From an uncultured delta proteobacterium (GTDB taxonomy: Bacteria; Desulfobacterota; Binatia; UBA9968), in NCBI GenBank assembly GCA_963804165.1, contig CAWDPO010000004.1, positions 64,001-128,000 of the forward strand: a stretch of 64,000 bases of DNA, read 5' to 3'. The position numbers and the translations under genes were made by a program. Every line of letters begins with the position of its first letter. The first letter of the stretch is position 1. Below are positions 50,140-62,376 of this stretch, one piece after another. Below the pieces are notes generated by a model that saw only the letters and a program-made list of their open reading frames with translations, did no database searches and was not told the origin of the DNA.

Positions 50140-51527
50140 AACGCCCTTCTTTTCGCCCCCATCGAGACGGGCAAGAAATGAGTGTTCGGAATCCTAAAAC
50201 CATACCGTTCCAATCGGTCCATGAAGGATGGCATAACGCCGGTCGCAACGAACTCGCCGACAACTTTGCCGTTTTCCACACCTCGCTGTTCAAACTTGAA
50301 GATCGTCTGAGTAGTTATGGTATTGCCTTCCATACCGGTGACTTCAGAAAACTCGATCACCTTTCTGCTGCCGTCACTCAACCGGGTCAGCTGCACGATC
50401 ACATCGATCGCGGAAGCGACTGCTCACGCAACGCTCTTTCCGGCAAATCGATTCCCGCCATGAGCATCATGGTTTCCAAGCGAGACAGCGCATCGCGTGC
50501 ACTATTGGCATGGACTGTACTGATCGAACCATCGTGACCGGTATTCATCGCCTGCATCATGTCGAGCGCCTCGCCACCGCGGACCTCGCCGACGACGATG
50601 CGGTCAGGTCTCATTCGCAACGCGTTACGGACCAGGTCGCTGGCCGTCACCGCGCCCTGGCCCTCGATATTCGGCGGCCGGGTTTCAAGTCGCACTACAT
50701 GTTCCTGCTGGAGCTTTAGTTCGGCCGAGTCTTCGATGGTCACAATGCGTTCATTTTCCGGAATGTAATTCGACAAGCAATTCAGAAGCGTTGTTTTGCC
50801 CGCGCCGGTACCTCCGGAAACGATCATATTGAGCCGCGACTTGACGCAGGCCGCTGCGACTTCCGCCATTTGCGGCGGGATCGAATTGAACTGAATCAAA
50901 TCATTGATCGTCAGTCGTTCCGCGCCGAATCGCCGGATCGAGAGCACCGGACCATCCAGTGCCAGGGGCGGAATAATCGCGTTCACGCGCGAGCCGTCGG
51001 CCAATCGAGCATCCACCATTGGCGAACTCTCATCGACGCGTCGGCCGACCCGCGTGACAATTCGCTCGATAATCTGCATCAGATGGGCATCGTCGCGGAA
51101 CCGCACATCGGTTTTTTCAAGCTTGCCATAACGCTCGACGTAGATTTGACTGACGAATTGACAAAGATATCGGAAATCTCCGGATCCTTCATGAAAGTTT
51201 CCAGAGGGCCTAAGCCAAAGACTTCATGCTGGACTTCCATCACCAACCGATCGCGATCGGCACGACTGAGCGGGATGGCTTCCGCCATGACCATGTCTTC
51301 GAGAATGCGCCGAATTTCCACGCGCACCCGTTCCATCTCCAGATTGGAAAGCTTGGACAGATCCAAGGTATCGATGAGCTTGCGATGGATGCGTAGTCGC
51401 AAATCTTGCAAAATGACATCCGGGCTCGTCGTCTGCAGGGATCTGAATGGCGAACGGCCGCCCATCCGCCGCCAGTTCGATCAGCGTCCCAACGATCTTT
51501 ATCCGATTCGAACGATGGATTCTTCAT
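50136..51527 (-). CDS. cpaF: Tad pilus ATPase CpaF (frameshifted)
   Basis: [44 protein letters not shown] and MNTGHDGS motifs. Confidence 0.93.
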
Positions 51528-51546
51528 TGACTTGCCCCTTACTTAA

Positions 51547-52765
51547 TTAATCCACGCACCGGCGGTAATAACCGACCGAAGCAAGACCCGATCTTTTGTC
51601 GTTCTTCGATCTCCGCTCGAGACGATCCCAGAAAACGGAAACGTATTGAGCCACAGCATCGGTTAGCCCGGAGTAACTCTTGGCGATATCGGACCTAGGG
51701 TCGCATTCCTGAATCGATAACCCTTGATTGACCGCGGCAATCGCGACGGGATAGTTATTAGGAAGCGTCCAAAAAACTTTCACACCAAGCGCTTTTTCGA
51801 CCGACTCCAAAGTCATCAGCTTGCTCTTGACGTAGCGATTAAGAATCAAGCGAATCTTCTTGTCGTAAATACCCATGCGCTCGAAAAGCTCCAGTGCGCG
51901 ATGGGCACTCTTAAGCGAAGGGACATCCATCTCAGTTATGAACAGGATCAAATTCGCTTTATCGAGCACCAGTGCGAGCATGTCGTCAAATTCCTTTGGA
52001 GTATCGACGACGACATAATCAAAGGACTGCGCCAATACATCCAAGATTTCGTCGATGTCCGCCGGCGTGATACGCCGCGCATCCTCGGCATAAAAAGGCT
52101 CGGCCAGAACTCGGATTCCCGACGCGTGTTTTACCAGGGAGCCATCGAGAAAAAGCGGATCGATTCGTTTCAGATTCTTGACTAAATCAAGAATCGTGTA
52201 GGAGGCGTCGATATTAAGAAAGCTCGTCACCGAACCAAACTGCAGCACGAGATCGACCAAACAAACCGATTTCTTTTGCGCCACTAGACATGCCGCCAAG
52301 TTGGTCGCCGCCGTAGTCGAACCCACGCCGCCTTTGTTCGAGGAAATGGCTATAATGTGCCCGCGTTCCGCCGCTTTTTGCGCGTGAACATCGATTTTTT
52401 TACGAATCGTATCGAACGATTTAAGAACTTCAGTCCAATTAAAAGGTTGCGTGAGAAATTCTTCAGCGCCCGAGCGCATCGCGCGCAGAATCGCGTCTGG
52501 CGCACCGGTCGGCGAAGTCATCACAAGACGAACGTTGGCGAGGCGTAATTTAATTTGCTCGGCTACAGTAAAAGCCCGTTCCGGGTCCACGATTGATGTC
52601 GACCACGGCAACGATTGGGCCACTGCGGGTTTTGAGCGCGTCAAAAGCCTCGCCATAGCCATAAATCCGCGGGTCAACCGATACCGATACTTCTTTTTCA
52701 AGCTGTTGCTTCAACGAAGCTAGAGCCAGGCTATCTTCGCCGATGAGACAAATTGGTAACTTCAT
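51547..52765 (-). CDS. cpaE: CpaE/TadZ: pseudo-receiver plus MinD-like ATPase (frameshifted)
   Basis: AMRSGAEEFL, NKGGVGSTT, VDLVLQFG and VVVDTP motifs. Confidence 0.85.
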
Positions 52766-52818
52766 TGCCGGTTGCTATTTATCGTTGATGCCACATCATT
52801 TCAATTCTGTATGGCCGA

Positions 52819-54361
52819 CTATCTCATGGGATCGACGCGCCGCGGTGTCGCCGGCTTCTTTTCTTCCGAACCACCCGGCACCGGAACCTGTCGAATATCC
52901 GGATCGTCGTATTTTTCAAGGATCGGGAGCTGCGGACTTTCGCCCGGCTTCATCGTGCGCACAATCCGCGGCGTAATCACGAAAACGAGCTCGGACTCCT
53001 TGTTACTGAATTTTGTACTTCTAAACAGAGCGCCCAAAATCGGAACATCGCCCAAAAACGGAAATTTCGTCAGATCCTTTACCACTCTTTGATCTAACAG
53101 GCCTCCGATAATCAGGCTCTCACCTTCTTTCATCTCGACTCGGCTCACGGTCCGACGAACGACAAAACTAGGAGTATCGTACCGGCGCCAGCCGCTATAT
53201 CGCTGACTTCGGGAAACACCCTAAGATCAATTCGATCCGACAATGTAATTGTGGGAATAAAATCAAGCCGCACACCAAACGGTTTGAATATCACGCCAAA
53301 TGTATTCGCCGTGGATGTGACAATCGGGACTTCGCCGCCAGCCAAAAAGCCCCCGCTTCTGCCATTTTTTACGACCAGCCGCGGTTGCGCTAAAATTTGA
53401 GCGATGTCTTTGTTTTGCAACATTCGATACAGTGTCGAAAGCGCATATGCGCCGTTGACCCAACGGAAGGCTACCGGTTGCGGACGAGTAAAGGGGATCG
53501 CATCTGCTGCACGCTCACGGTGATTGCCGGTTCGGAAGTGAGCCAAAAGCTGGGCTCCCGATTGTGGACAGCTGCTGACATTCGGCCAGCATTTTGAGCA
53601 AAATCAAATCCAATGTCTCTGAATTTGCTCATCGAAACATCGGCCACGACGACATCCAGTTCGATTTGCCGGATCTCCCTGATCACAAGCAAATCGATCA
53701 CTCCCTCGATCGTCTTTTTGTCACCCCACCTGTAAGGATCCGTTATTGAAGACTCTTCCTCAAAGGCCAAGCTACCGCCACCGGCAAATCCCACGCCCGA
53801 CGATTTGATTTGCGCCTGGGGAGTCGCGCCAAACTGGACTGACTGCGACGTTGATGGACTCACCGTATGCTGGAGGCTTCGGGGGCAGGTACGTTGCTAC
53901 AATTTCGAAAACTCGATCATAGACGACTTCGTTTGATACCTCTCCTCGCAAAACTAAAGAAGCACCTGAAGTCGAAATATCGACCTTTTCGTTCGGGAAA
54001 ACCGATCGTCAATTGTCCCCGCAACGCAGCAATATCTGGCGCAACGACCAAGATCGTAGTTCGATCACATCGCCTTTTTCATCAAAAATGATCAGCGACG
54101 TAGTCCCAACGTCCTTGCCGTTGATCAAAAGTTGGCTCGGCGCCACGACGAGAACATCCGCCACCTGCGGTTGCGAAACGGATACCCGCTTCGCTCTTTC
54201 GGCAAGACGAAATACCATCGATTTGTTAACCGTCACCGTGATCGTCGGCGCCGACTTGCGGCTGCGCCGACTACTTCCTGTCGCCGCTGACGCCAACAAG
54301 AAGAACACAGCGCCAACGCAATTCTATTTAGCCGCCCCCGGACTAAACAACTGTTCATCAT
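52819..54361 (-). CDS. cpaC: CpaC/RcpA secretin (frameshifted)
   Basis: RVSVSQPQVADV...GKDVGTTSLII; ILAQPRL...FLAGGEVP; FPFLGDVPILGALFRS...ELVFVITP. Confidence 0.88.
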
Positions 54362-54380
54362 GAACTCCTCCCCTTCCCAG

Positions 54381-55208
54381 TTAGAATTCCACCACATTTC
54401 GATTACTACCATGGATCACTTCGACTCGATATTTATCAGGCGGCGGAGCGACAGTGCCGCCGCCACCTTGCGCGGTGCCGCCGCGAGCGCCAACAAATCG
54501 CGCTTGTTGCTGCCAATAGTTGTCGTAGCAGCGTCATCGCCAAGACCGCGCAGATGCCATGGCAATCTGGCCCTCTTGGAGGCTAACGACAGCTTTTCTG
54601 CTTCTTCAGGAGTAACTTCCAGCGTGATCGAACGTGCGAGTTGCGGTTTTCCATCTTTCTGCTCGGTACTTTGCGCAACCGACAAGGACTCGCTTATTCT
54701 GCAACACAATTTTCGAAATTTTGGTATCCGCGTCTGCCGCCCATGTGGGGTCGTGGTCAAAATGATATCAACCCGGTCATCGGGACAATAAATCCGCTGA
54801 CACCGATAATTTCATCGACCCGGAGCGCCAAGGCTCGCTTGCCAGCCTCCAGCCGAACAGTAAGCCCGGCGCCTTCGCCGGCTAGACGTGATTCCAATAT
54901 TGGCTCATTGGCTAAGAATCTTTACGCGATTCACTTTGCCAACAACTTGCTGCGGCGATGAAAATGCGCCAGCCGGCATCGAAGTCTTTGGCCAAGGCGT
55001 GGTCTTGATCAGTCCCTTCTTGATCGCCTCGTCATTGAGAGTCGTACCGGCGAGGAATATCCTGGGCCGCCACGACAATCTCTTGGTTCGCCGCTTTCGC
55101 ATCCTCCCTCTTTTTGTCTGATCACTGAGAAAATTGTAAATTCCATACGCCGCGATGAGCCCGAAAAATACCGCGACCACTAGAGCAATCTTTAAGCCTA
55201 TTCTGCAT
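54381..55208 (-). CDS. cpaB: CpaB/RcpC pilus assembly protein (frameshifted)
   Basis: N-terminal TM, SAF-like WPKTSMPAGAF, VDEIIGVSGFI, ITLEVTPEEAEKLSLA. Confidence 0.82.
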
Positions 55209-55291
55209 AGCAGCTCCTCATCAAACGGTCAATTATTTGCCAAGAACTTACCATCCACACTCGAGAATCTCCGGTTCAGACCAACATTGGC

Positions 55292-55864
55292 TCAGTGAAT
55301 CTTAGAATCCAGCCCATTGGCCGTCGGGTCAACATAATATGCGATCATTGTTCCAGCTGCAAACGCCACTCCCCACGGAACCGAATCGCCCCGCTCGCTG
55401 AGTCTGTTATGCGCACAGGCTTCGGGCAATACCTCCCCAAACTCAGGATGGCGAATTTTAAAATCTAACCAAAATTGTTTAAACGAGAGAAACTGAACTA
55501 GCCCGAAAGACCAAATAGCCAATGGCGATCACTCCCGCGACAAGCGCGGAATAGAAAAACACCCGCGGCAGCCAGGAAACTCCCAAAAGTGCGCCCACCA
55601 CTCCGAAAAATTTAACATCGCCGGCACCAATCCATCCCAGCGCAAACGGAAGAATCAGCACTGCGATACCAACCACAATACCCAAGAATACTTTGAAGCA
55701 AATAGCTGGCATCCCTGAAAAGCGTTCAAAACGACACCGCAAAACTAGGCCAATTACGATAAGCCAATTCGGGATTCTTCGGATCTTCAAATCGAAAGAA
55801 AGCCGAAAGACAGCTCACACAAAATATGACCGCATCTGAAAGTGCCAAATGTTTAAAACACCAT
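55292..55864 (-). CDS. cpaA: A24 prepilin peptidase CpaA/TadV (frameshifted; start approximate)
   Basis: DLKIRRIPNWL, GAGDVK and VPWGVAFAAG motifs. Confidence 0.85.
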
Positions 55865-55937
55865 TATTAACTTGTCAAAGCGTACACGTCATATCAAAAA
55901 GCTTGTCAATGAAATTTCGCGGCATACTCACCGCAAG

Positions 55938-56207
55938 TCATGCACGTGGCTCGAAAACAGACTGATAGCGGCCTCCGAGCCACGCTGTTAGTATGTAACA
56001 ATAGAACCCGAGTCTTACGAGCCGAATCGCAATCCTGCGGGTACCAACGCAAGCCGTAACCTTACTCCAGCCACTGGCCAACTGATTGCCGATATTCGTA
56101 TTCTTAATCGCTACCCAGAAAACCAGGGCCACCAGAACAACGATCAAAGTATATTCAACCAAACCTTGACCATCCTCCTCGACTAACAAACGTTTTAGAA
56201 GCTCCAT
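55938..56207 (-). CDS. flp: Flp type IVb pilin (true stop probably near 56015)
   Basis: MELLKRLLVEEDG|QGLVEYTLIVVLVALV Flp motif; GAAAGGGG RBS-like sequence upstream. Confidence 0.9.
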   Translation of the reverse strand: MELLKRLLVEEDGQGLVEYTLIVVLVALVFWVAIKNTNIGNQLASGWSKVTACVGTRRIAIRLVRLGFYCYILTAWLGGRYQSVFEPRA

Positions 56208-56286
56208 TAAATCGTTCACCCCCTTTCTTATTTTATCGTGACTTCGAATTCTTTGATAACTCTGTGTCAACGAACATGAGCGGTAA

Positions 56287-56302
56287 AGCAGAATACATGC
56301 CA
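56287..56302 (-). promoter_or_regulatory. sigma54 promoter of flp
   Basis: TGGCATGTATTCTGCT (GG-N10-GC) about 80 nt before the flp ATG. Confidence 0.7.
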
Positions 56303-56577
56303 ATACTAGAAGCATTCTAGAATTTCAGCTAATTGCTCCTGCCCCGGCCTCAGGGCGGTCTATGCTTGACAAATATGACATCGGTTTGAATCTAGTGTCA
56401 CAAAATGTGCAGGAGTGAATCTATTCCTTTGGAACAGTAACGCGGGAGACCAGAAAGCGACGAGCGTCAGACCGAAGATATACAAAGATCGTATGAACCC
56501 CGCATAATCGTGATTGTTGTTTTATCAGCGACATACTTGCAAGTCAAATGTTGCTTACTTAAGGACGCCATTAGCAA

Positions 56578-56593
56578 AGGTATGCATTTTGCT
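56578..56593 (+). promoter_or_regulatory. sigma54 promoter of the diguanylate cyclase
   Basis: AGGTATGCATTTTGCT (GG-N10-GC). Confidence 0.5.
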
Positions 56594-56698
56594 AATCACC
56601 GAGTGAGTCGAAATTTATCGATTCGCGCGATTACGACAAATACTTTAATCAGGTTAGTGCCACGATCGACCAGATCGAATTCGAAGGAAAATACGAAA

Positions 56699-57628
56699 AT
56701 GAACAACGACCAAAAAGATAATGCTCCGCTAACCGTCTTGGTCATTGAAGATCATCCTGATCAGCGAGACCTGTTAGCTATCGTACTGCAACGGGAAGGC
56801 TATCGGGTAATCACTGCAGCAAACGGCGTCGAAGCACTGGAAAAACTCGAGACAGAAAATATTCAAATCGCTCTTTCAGATATCATGATGCCGAAGATGG
56901 ATGGGTTTGAGCTGATCAAACGGATTCGCGGCAACGCCGCGTTCAAAAGTATCTACCTCATTTTAATCACCGCGAGAATCCAAGAAGGTGACCGGGTTCG
57001 AGGACTAGATCTCGGCGCCGACGACTACATTACTAAACCATTTTCGTTCTCCGAATTGCTCGCGCGGATGCGAGTCGGGTCGCGAGTCGTCCAGTACCAG
57101 CAACATCTCGAATATCAGACTCAAGTCGACTCGCTCACCGGGCTTTTTAATCGCCGTGCCTTCGAGAAGAAAATCCACGAAGAGTTCGAACGCTCCAAAC
57201 GCTATCACAACCCTTTGTCACTGCTGATTTTGGATATCGACAATTTCAAGATGATCAACGACACCTATGGCCATCATGGTGGCGACGCCGCGCTGGTAAA
57301 AATTTCCGAAACTTTTCGCGAAAAAACACGTCAAAGCGATTTTCCCTCTAGATATGGCGGCGAAGAGTTCGTTCTCGTGTTGCCGGAGACGGACCAGGAC
57401 AGCGCGTTCAAGTGGCAGGAAAGATTCACGAGTGCGATTCGTTCGTGCGCGTTCGGCACCACCGCCCGTCCCTTTACTCTAACGGTTAGCATTGGAGTGA
57501 GCTCAACGTCGGCAAGATTGTACTCGGATTGGCGAGAAATGCTTAACGACGCCGATCGCGCTCTATATCTCGCAAAGAATTCCGGTAAAGACCGCATCGA
57601 AAATTGGGAGTCCGGAAAAAAAAACTAG
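56699..57628 (+). CDS. Response-regulator diguanylate cyclase (REC-GGDEF)
   Basis: SDIMMPKMDG receiver; DSLTGLFNRR, DIDNFK, RQSD I-site and RYGGEEF motifs. Confidence 0.93.
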   Translation: MNNDQKDNAPLTVLVIEDHPDQRDLLAIVLQREGYRVITAANGVEALEKLETENIQIALSDIMMPKMDGFELIKRIRGNAAFKSIYLILITARIQEGDRVRGLDLGADDYITKPFSFSELLARMRVGSRVVQYQQHLEYQTQVDSLTGLFNRRAFEKKIHEEFERSKRYHNPLSLLILDIDNFKMINDTYGHHGGDAALVKISETFREKTRQSDFPSRYGGEEFVLVLPETDQDSAFKWQERFTSAIRSCAFGTTARPFTLTVSIGVSSTSARLYSDWREMLNDADRALYLAKNSGKDRIENWESGKKN

Positions 57629-57833
57629 CCAGATTCAGACTTCCGCGCATCCCTGATCAAATGCCAGCGCGACGTAATCAGTGTGACTATCGTTCCACGC
57701 CGATTAGCCGTATGGCCACCCTGTCGCCGACGGAATTCCATCTAGTGGGCAACGAGTTTTCGTTGCGGATTTGCACAGTTCCGTGAACCCAGTTCATTCA
57801 GCGCCAGGGAACAAAGTCCTCGCGAAGAGACAA

Positions 57834-58873
57834 ATGACGGCGGGCCAGTCTCGAATCATCTGGCGAATGGCTGCGGAAGGAACAGAGAGCTAATAGTCTA
57901 CGGCGCAATTAGTTTTTTTGGAATACTAATGATGGGTTTGGCCATCGGCAGCGCTCGTCAAATTCAAAAAGCAAAACAGCGGAACAATTGCGCGACTGCT
58001 TAAGCAAGAAAAAGAGAAAGCGGAAAATCTTGCCAAGCTGAAGTCGGAATTTCTCAATCAAGTTTCCCACGAACTTCGCACGCCATTGGCGGTTATCATA
58101 GGTTATATCGAGTGTATCACGGACGGACTCTATGGGGAAATGGAATCGAAACATCACGAAATTCTCCAAGTCGTCGCCAAACAATCAACACATCTGAAAA
58201 ACATGATCGATCAGATTCTGATCTACTCGCGATTGGAGGCGGGCAAGCAGCCGGTCCGAATATGAAGAAATACAACTGACCAAGGTCGTAAGTGACGTGA
58301 GAGAAACTTTCGAATTTCTTTGCCGGCAGAAAGGGATCGAATCTACGATTGGGAGCTTGCGAGAGATCCCTTGCTGATCCGCAGCGACGCGATTCGTTTA
58401 AAGGAAGTTATAAGCAATCTCTTGCAAAATGCGGTGAAATACACCGACCGTGGTTCGATCACCGTACGCTCGAAGAAACTCCCAACAACAGATTTCGTCA
58501 TCGGTCGAAGTCAAAGACACAGGCATGGGAATTTCTGAACATCATTTAACAAGCATCTTCGAACCTTTCATGCAGGCTCACAAAACATCCACCGAAAATT
58601 CGCGCGGCGGCATAGGATTGGGGCTAAGTATCGTAAAAAAACATCTTGAGCAAATGGAGCGGAACCATTAATGTCGACAGTGAACTCGGAAAGGGGTCCG
58701 CCTTTCGAATTGTTCTTCCGCGAAACTATGAGAAGCAGAAATCACGAACGAGCCGGCTCATAGACTTCGTTAAACGTCGCTCTTCAAATTCTCACCGCGA
58801 GCACCCCACCTTAGCTCCACACATGGAGACACAGGAGCGTAAGGCAGCAAACACTGGCCACAATATCGCTTAG
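57834..58873 (+). CDS. Sensor histidine kinase (several frameshifts; start approximate)
   Basis: KSEFLNQVSHELRTPL H-box, NLLQNAVKYT, DTGMGI, GIGLGLSIV and DSELGKGSAF across frames. Confidence 0.85.
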
Positions 58874-58942
58874 TTTTGAATCCCGCTGACAAGCACGCTT
58901 TTTTAAGACCGACGCGCGCGTAGTTTTACCGCTGAGATCCGT

Positions 58943-60522
58943 GATGGTTAGAGACACCCATATCGCGCCGCTCAAGACGAATTCAATTTCCGCTGATCCT
59001 GCTACCATCAATCGGAAATATAGTTTTTGTCTCAGTGCTTTTTGTTTTGATTTTCGGTTCGGGGAATGGTCTGCTCGGTGACGGTGATACGGGTTACCAT
59101 ATCCGAACCGGCGAAGCGATCCTGCAGACCTGGCGTGTTCCAAGTCAAGACCCCTATTCGTTCCACTATCCTCCTCTAAAATGGACGGCTCACGAATGGT
59201 TGTCCGAGCTTGTGATGGCGGCTTTTTTCAAATTGTACGGCCTCACGGGGGTTGTGATCTTTTTTACGTTGCTGCTCGCTGTCACGCATTGGTTGCTTTA
59301 TAAGGTTCTTACAAACCGCTCCGATGATGTCCTGTTGTGTATCGTTATCACCTTGCTCGCAACCGCCACATCCGCAACTCATTGGTTTGCACGCCCACAC
59401 GCTTTTTCACTGCTGTTAACTCTTCTTTGGTGTCACTTTTTGAATCAATTTCAGTTTGGAGACCGACGTTCCCTAGTTTATCTTCCCTTTTTCATGTTAC
59501 TTTGGGTGAACCTCCACGGCGGCTATATCATCGGGCTTATTCTCATCGTGATGTATTTGGCTGGCGCCATTTTCTATTTTTTCACTAAACCCACGGTGGA
59601 ATCACAGCACTTCCTGCATAAAGCGCAGGTCCTTTTTTGTACGTTGATAGCGTGCATCGCGGTTTGCTCGATTAATCCGTATGGATTCGAAATTTTGTGG
59701 TTTCCCATTCGGGTCACCTCCGACCGTTTTGTCATGGATCGGGTCTCGGAATTTCTGTCACCCAATTTTCACGAAGCGTTGCCATTTAAGTATATGCTCT
59801 TAGTTCTGATTGGCGCCCTCGCGCTCTCTCGATCATCGCTTAACGTCATCGATCTTTCGCTTGTTATATTGATGACTTACATGTCACTTTATTCTGCACG
59901 GCATGTCTCACTTTTTGCGATAATCCTAGCCCCAGTGTTGCTCAAAACATGTGCCGGCATTATCAGTAGCGCGCCAGAACCCTTTTTGCGGTTTTACCGA
60001 AAACGCAACTCGAATTTGAAGTCCATCGAGACCGTTGTAAATGGATACATTTGGCCAATTGCGAGTGTAGTTCTGATTGTTACTATCGCAGCGGCGGGAA
60101 GCCTAAACTATCGCTTTAACGACAAAATATTTCCCGTAGCGGCAGTAGAGTTTTTGCAACGAGAAGCCATAACCGGCAACATGTTCAATAATGATGAGTT
60201 CGGTGACTACATGATCTTCACAGCTTGGCCACGGTACCGCGTATTTATGGATGGCCGCTCGGATATGTACGGTGAAAAATACGGGAGCGATTACCTCAAA
60301 GTCGCTAACCTTCAGCCTGGATGGAGGGAAATTCTTAGTAAATACAATATTACTTGGGTTATTTTTGACACGGCATCAGCACTCACGGCGGCCCTGCAGG
60401 ATCAAAATGACTGGCAACCAGTTTATTCTGACGCCGTAGCGACCATTTTTGTAAAAAAGGACATTGAGCATGCTTCGCTGTTAGCTAAGTATCCTTCGGT
60501 CAAACTAGCAAACAAGCGATGA
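58943..60522 (+). CDS. Multi-TM GT-C-like membrane protein (start probably before a frameshift)
   Basis: DGDTGYHIRTG...DPYSF...HEWLSE, RPH, LWVNLHGG, NPYG and FMDGRSDMY motifs. Confidence 0.75.
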
Positions 60523-60843
60523 AGCGTTCTTTGGAGTTTTCTCTGCTAGCTCCGACACCCTCCCATTTCGGGGACCAGGTTTAAACACCGGAGGCCGGGC
60601 GGGTCAAATAATTCGAACCGGAGACCTCTAGTTCGTATTAGGTGCTCTCTGAGGGAAATTGGGGCGCCTTCGAGGTCAGCAGTTCTATTCGAAGCAAATC
60701 TGGTGACATGATTACCGCGCAAAGATTTTTGGCCATGACAAATCTGTCGACTTCGCTGTCGCTTTTGCCACTCGGTGCGCAACGTCTCGAACTTACATTT
60801 GACCAACGGTCCATTAACTGCCTGCGATCTCAAATATTTTCGC

Positions 60844-60859
60844 TGGCACAACCATTGCT
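60844..60859 (+). promoter_or_regulatory. sigma54 promoter of the EAL gene
   Basis: TGGCACAACCATTGCT, a near-consensus -24/-12 element. Confidence 0.75.
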
Positions 60860-60969
60860 GCCGCATAGTTCCGATCATCCAAGCGGTCATGAAATTTCAA
60901 TAATGATCTACAGTTCACGTCAGGTGAGGATGGCCTGTTTCGGATAACATCAATGCGCGATGCTTGTAA

Positions 60970-62376
60970 ATGAGCGAGATAATGGATAACAGCTCCGCCT
61001 CCGCGAGCGGTAACGCCGAATTCGAATTGCGCATTCGCCAAGCCTTGCTCTCGGCGAAGCACAGCATTCCCCAGGTCGCCGTTTTACTCTTTTCGTTTAA
61101 GCATTCTTTCAACTGCACTAATCCCGGACAAAGGGCTATCGCCCTAAATAACTCCGTCTTGATCCGATTGAGAGGTGGATTGCGCGATTCTGATACGGTC
61201 GCATTGCTGAGTAGCGGGCACATCGCAGTACTCTTACACTCAGTGCAAGGTCCTCAGGATCTCGATTTGGTTATAAATCGTTTATTGACCAGATTAGCGG
61301 AACCTCTTCTCATCGATGGTCACACCATCGTGCTCCAGCCACGAATAGGAGCGGCACTATTTCCTGAACACGGGGATAGCGTAAGAAGTCTGATCGAGCA
61401 TGCGGAAAACGAACTCACTCTGGCGAAAAGCAATACAAACTCCTACACAGCTTATTCGTCGAACCCACGGAGCCTATTTACTCCTCGACAATGGATGAGT
61501 GAGCTTCGCCAGGCAATCGTCACGGATCAATTATTTCTCACCTTTCAGCCAAAAGTGAGTTTCTCGGAAGGACGCGTAACCGGCGTCGAGGTACTGCTTC
61601 GTTGGCAACATCCTCAGCACGGAATCATCGTTCCCGATCAGTTTATACCGGTTGCCGAGCGGACGGGATTAATCATTCCATTAACTCTCTGGGTTCTCCA
61701 GCAGTCGCTTATTCAGTGTCGCCGGTGGAATGATATGGGCCTGGATATCAGCATAGCGGTTAATCTAACAATGTGGAACTTGGAGGCGCAAGAGCTTCCC
61801 GAACAAATTGAAAAGCTGCTTCGCGACACGGGGGTGCCACCAAAAAACTTGGAACTGGAAATTACAGAGACTAGCATCATGAGTGATCCCCAAAGGGTGA
61901 TCCAAACTCTGAACCAGATTCGCCGACTGGGCGCACGCGTCGCGATCGATGACTTTGGTACCGGATATTCCTCGTTCGCTTATCTCACCAAACTGCCGGT
62001 CTCATGTATCAAAATCGATAAATCTTTCGTACAGAACATCGAAACCGATCGAGATAACTCGGTCATTGTCAAATCGATCATCGACCTCGGGCATAATCTT
62101 GGATTGAAAGTTGTCGCTGAAGGCGTAGAAACAGTCCACGCAAAAAAACTCCTTCGGGTATTTCAATGCGACGAGGGTCAAGGGTTTTATTACTGCCGTC
62201 CGATTCCCGCCGATGCGATGACTAAGTTCTTGTTACAGCCGCCGCTTGCGATCAAGGAACGTCTGTTCGTAGCGGACGCACCAGAAACGGCCCCCGTGAA
62301 GCTCACGGAGGACTTTAGTCCCAAAGTATCAAACTTAACGCTCGCCACGAGCGAAAAACCCAACTCCGTCGCTTGA
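60970..62376 (+). CDS. Degenerate GGDEF plus EAL c-di-GMP phosphodiesterase
   Basis: RDSDTVALLSSGHI (degenerate GGDEF); FQP, EVLLRW, ELEITE, DDFGTGYSS, KIDKSF, AEGVE and QG motifs. Confidence 0.92.
   Translation: MSEIMDNSSASASGNAEFELRIRQALLSAKHSIPQVAVLLFSFKHSFNCTNPGQRAIALNNSVLIRLRGGLRDSDTVALLSSGHIAVLLHSVQGPQDLDLVINRLLTRLAEPLLIDGHTIVLQPRIGAALFPEHGDSVRSLIEHAENELTLAKSNTNSYTAYSSNPRSLFTPRQWMSELRQAIVTDQLFLTFQPKVSFSEGRVTGVEVLLRWQHPQHGIIVPDQFIPVAERTGLIIPLTLWVLQQSLIQCRRWNDMGLDISIAVNLTMWNLEAQELPEQIEKLLRDTGVPPKNLELEITETSIMSDPQRVIQTLNQIRRLGARVAIDDFGTGYSSFAYLTKLPVSCIKIDKSFVQNIETDRDNSVIVKSIIDLGHNLGLKVVAEGVETVHAKKLLRVFQCDEGQGFYYCRPIPADAMTKFLLQPPLAIKERLFVADAPETAPVKLTEDFSPKVSNLTLATSEKPNSVA

Noticed and set aside
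55938-56015. Unusually long Flp C-terminal tail
   Set aside because: Likely read-through caused by indels; shifted frames give PQDCDS and a nearby stop, matching normal Flp length
60540-60840. c-di-GMP riboswitch upstream of the EAL gene
   Set aside because: No GEMM-I or GEMM-II consensus recognised; the region is better explained by a sigma54 promoter with enhancer sites
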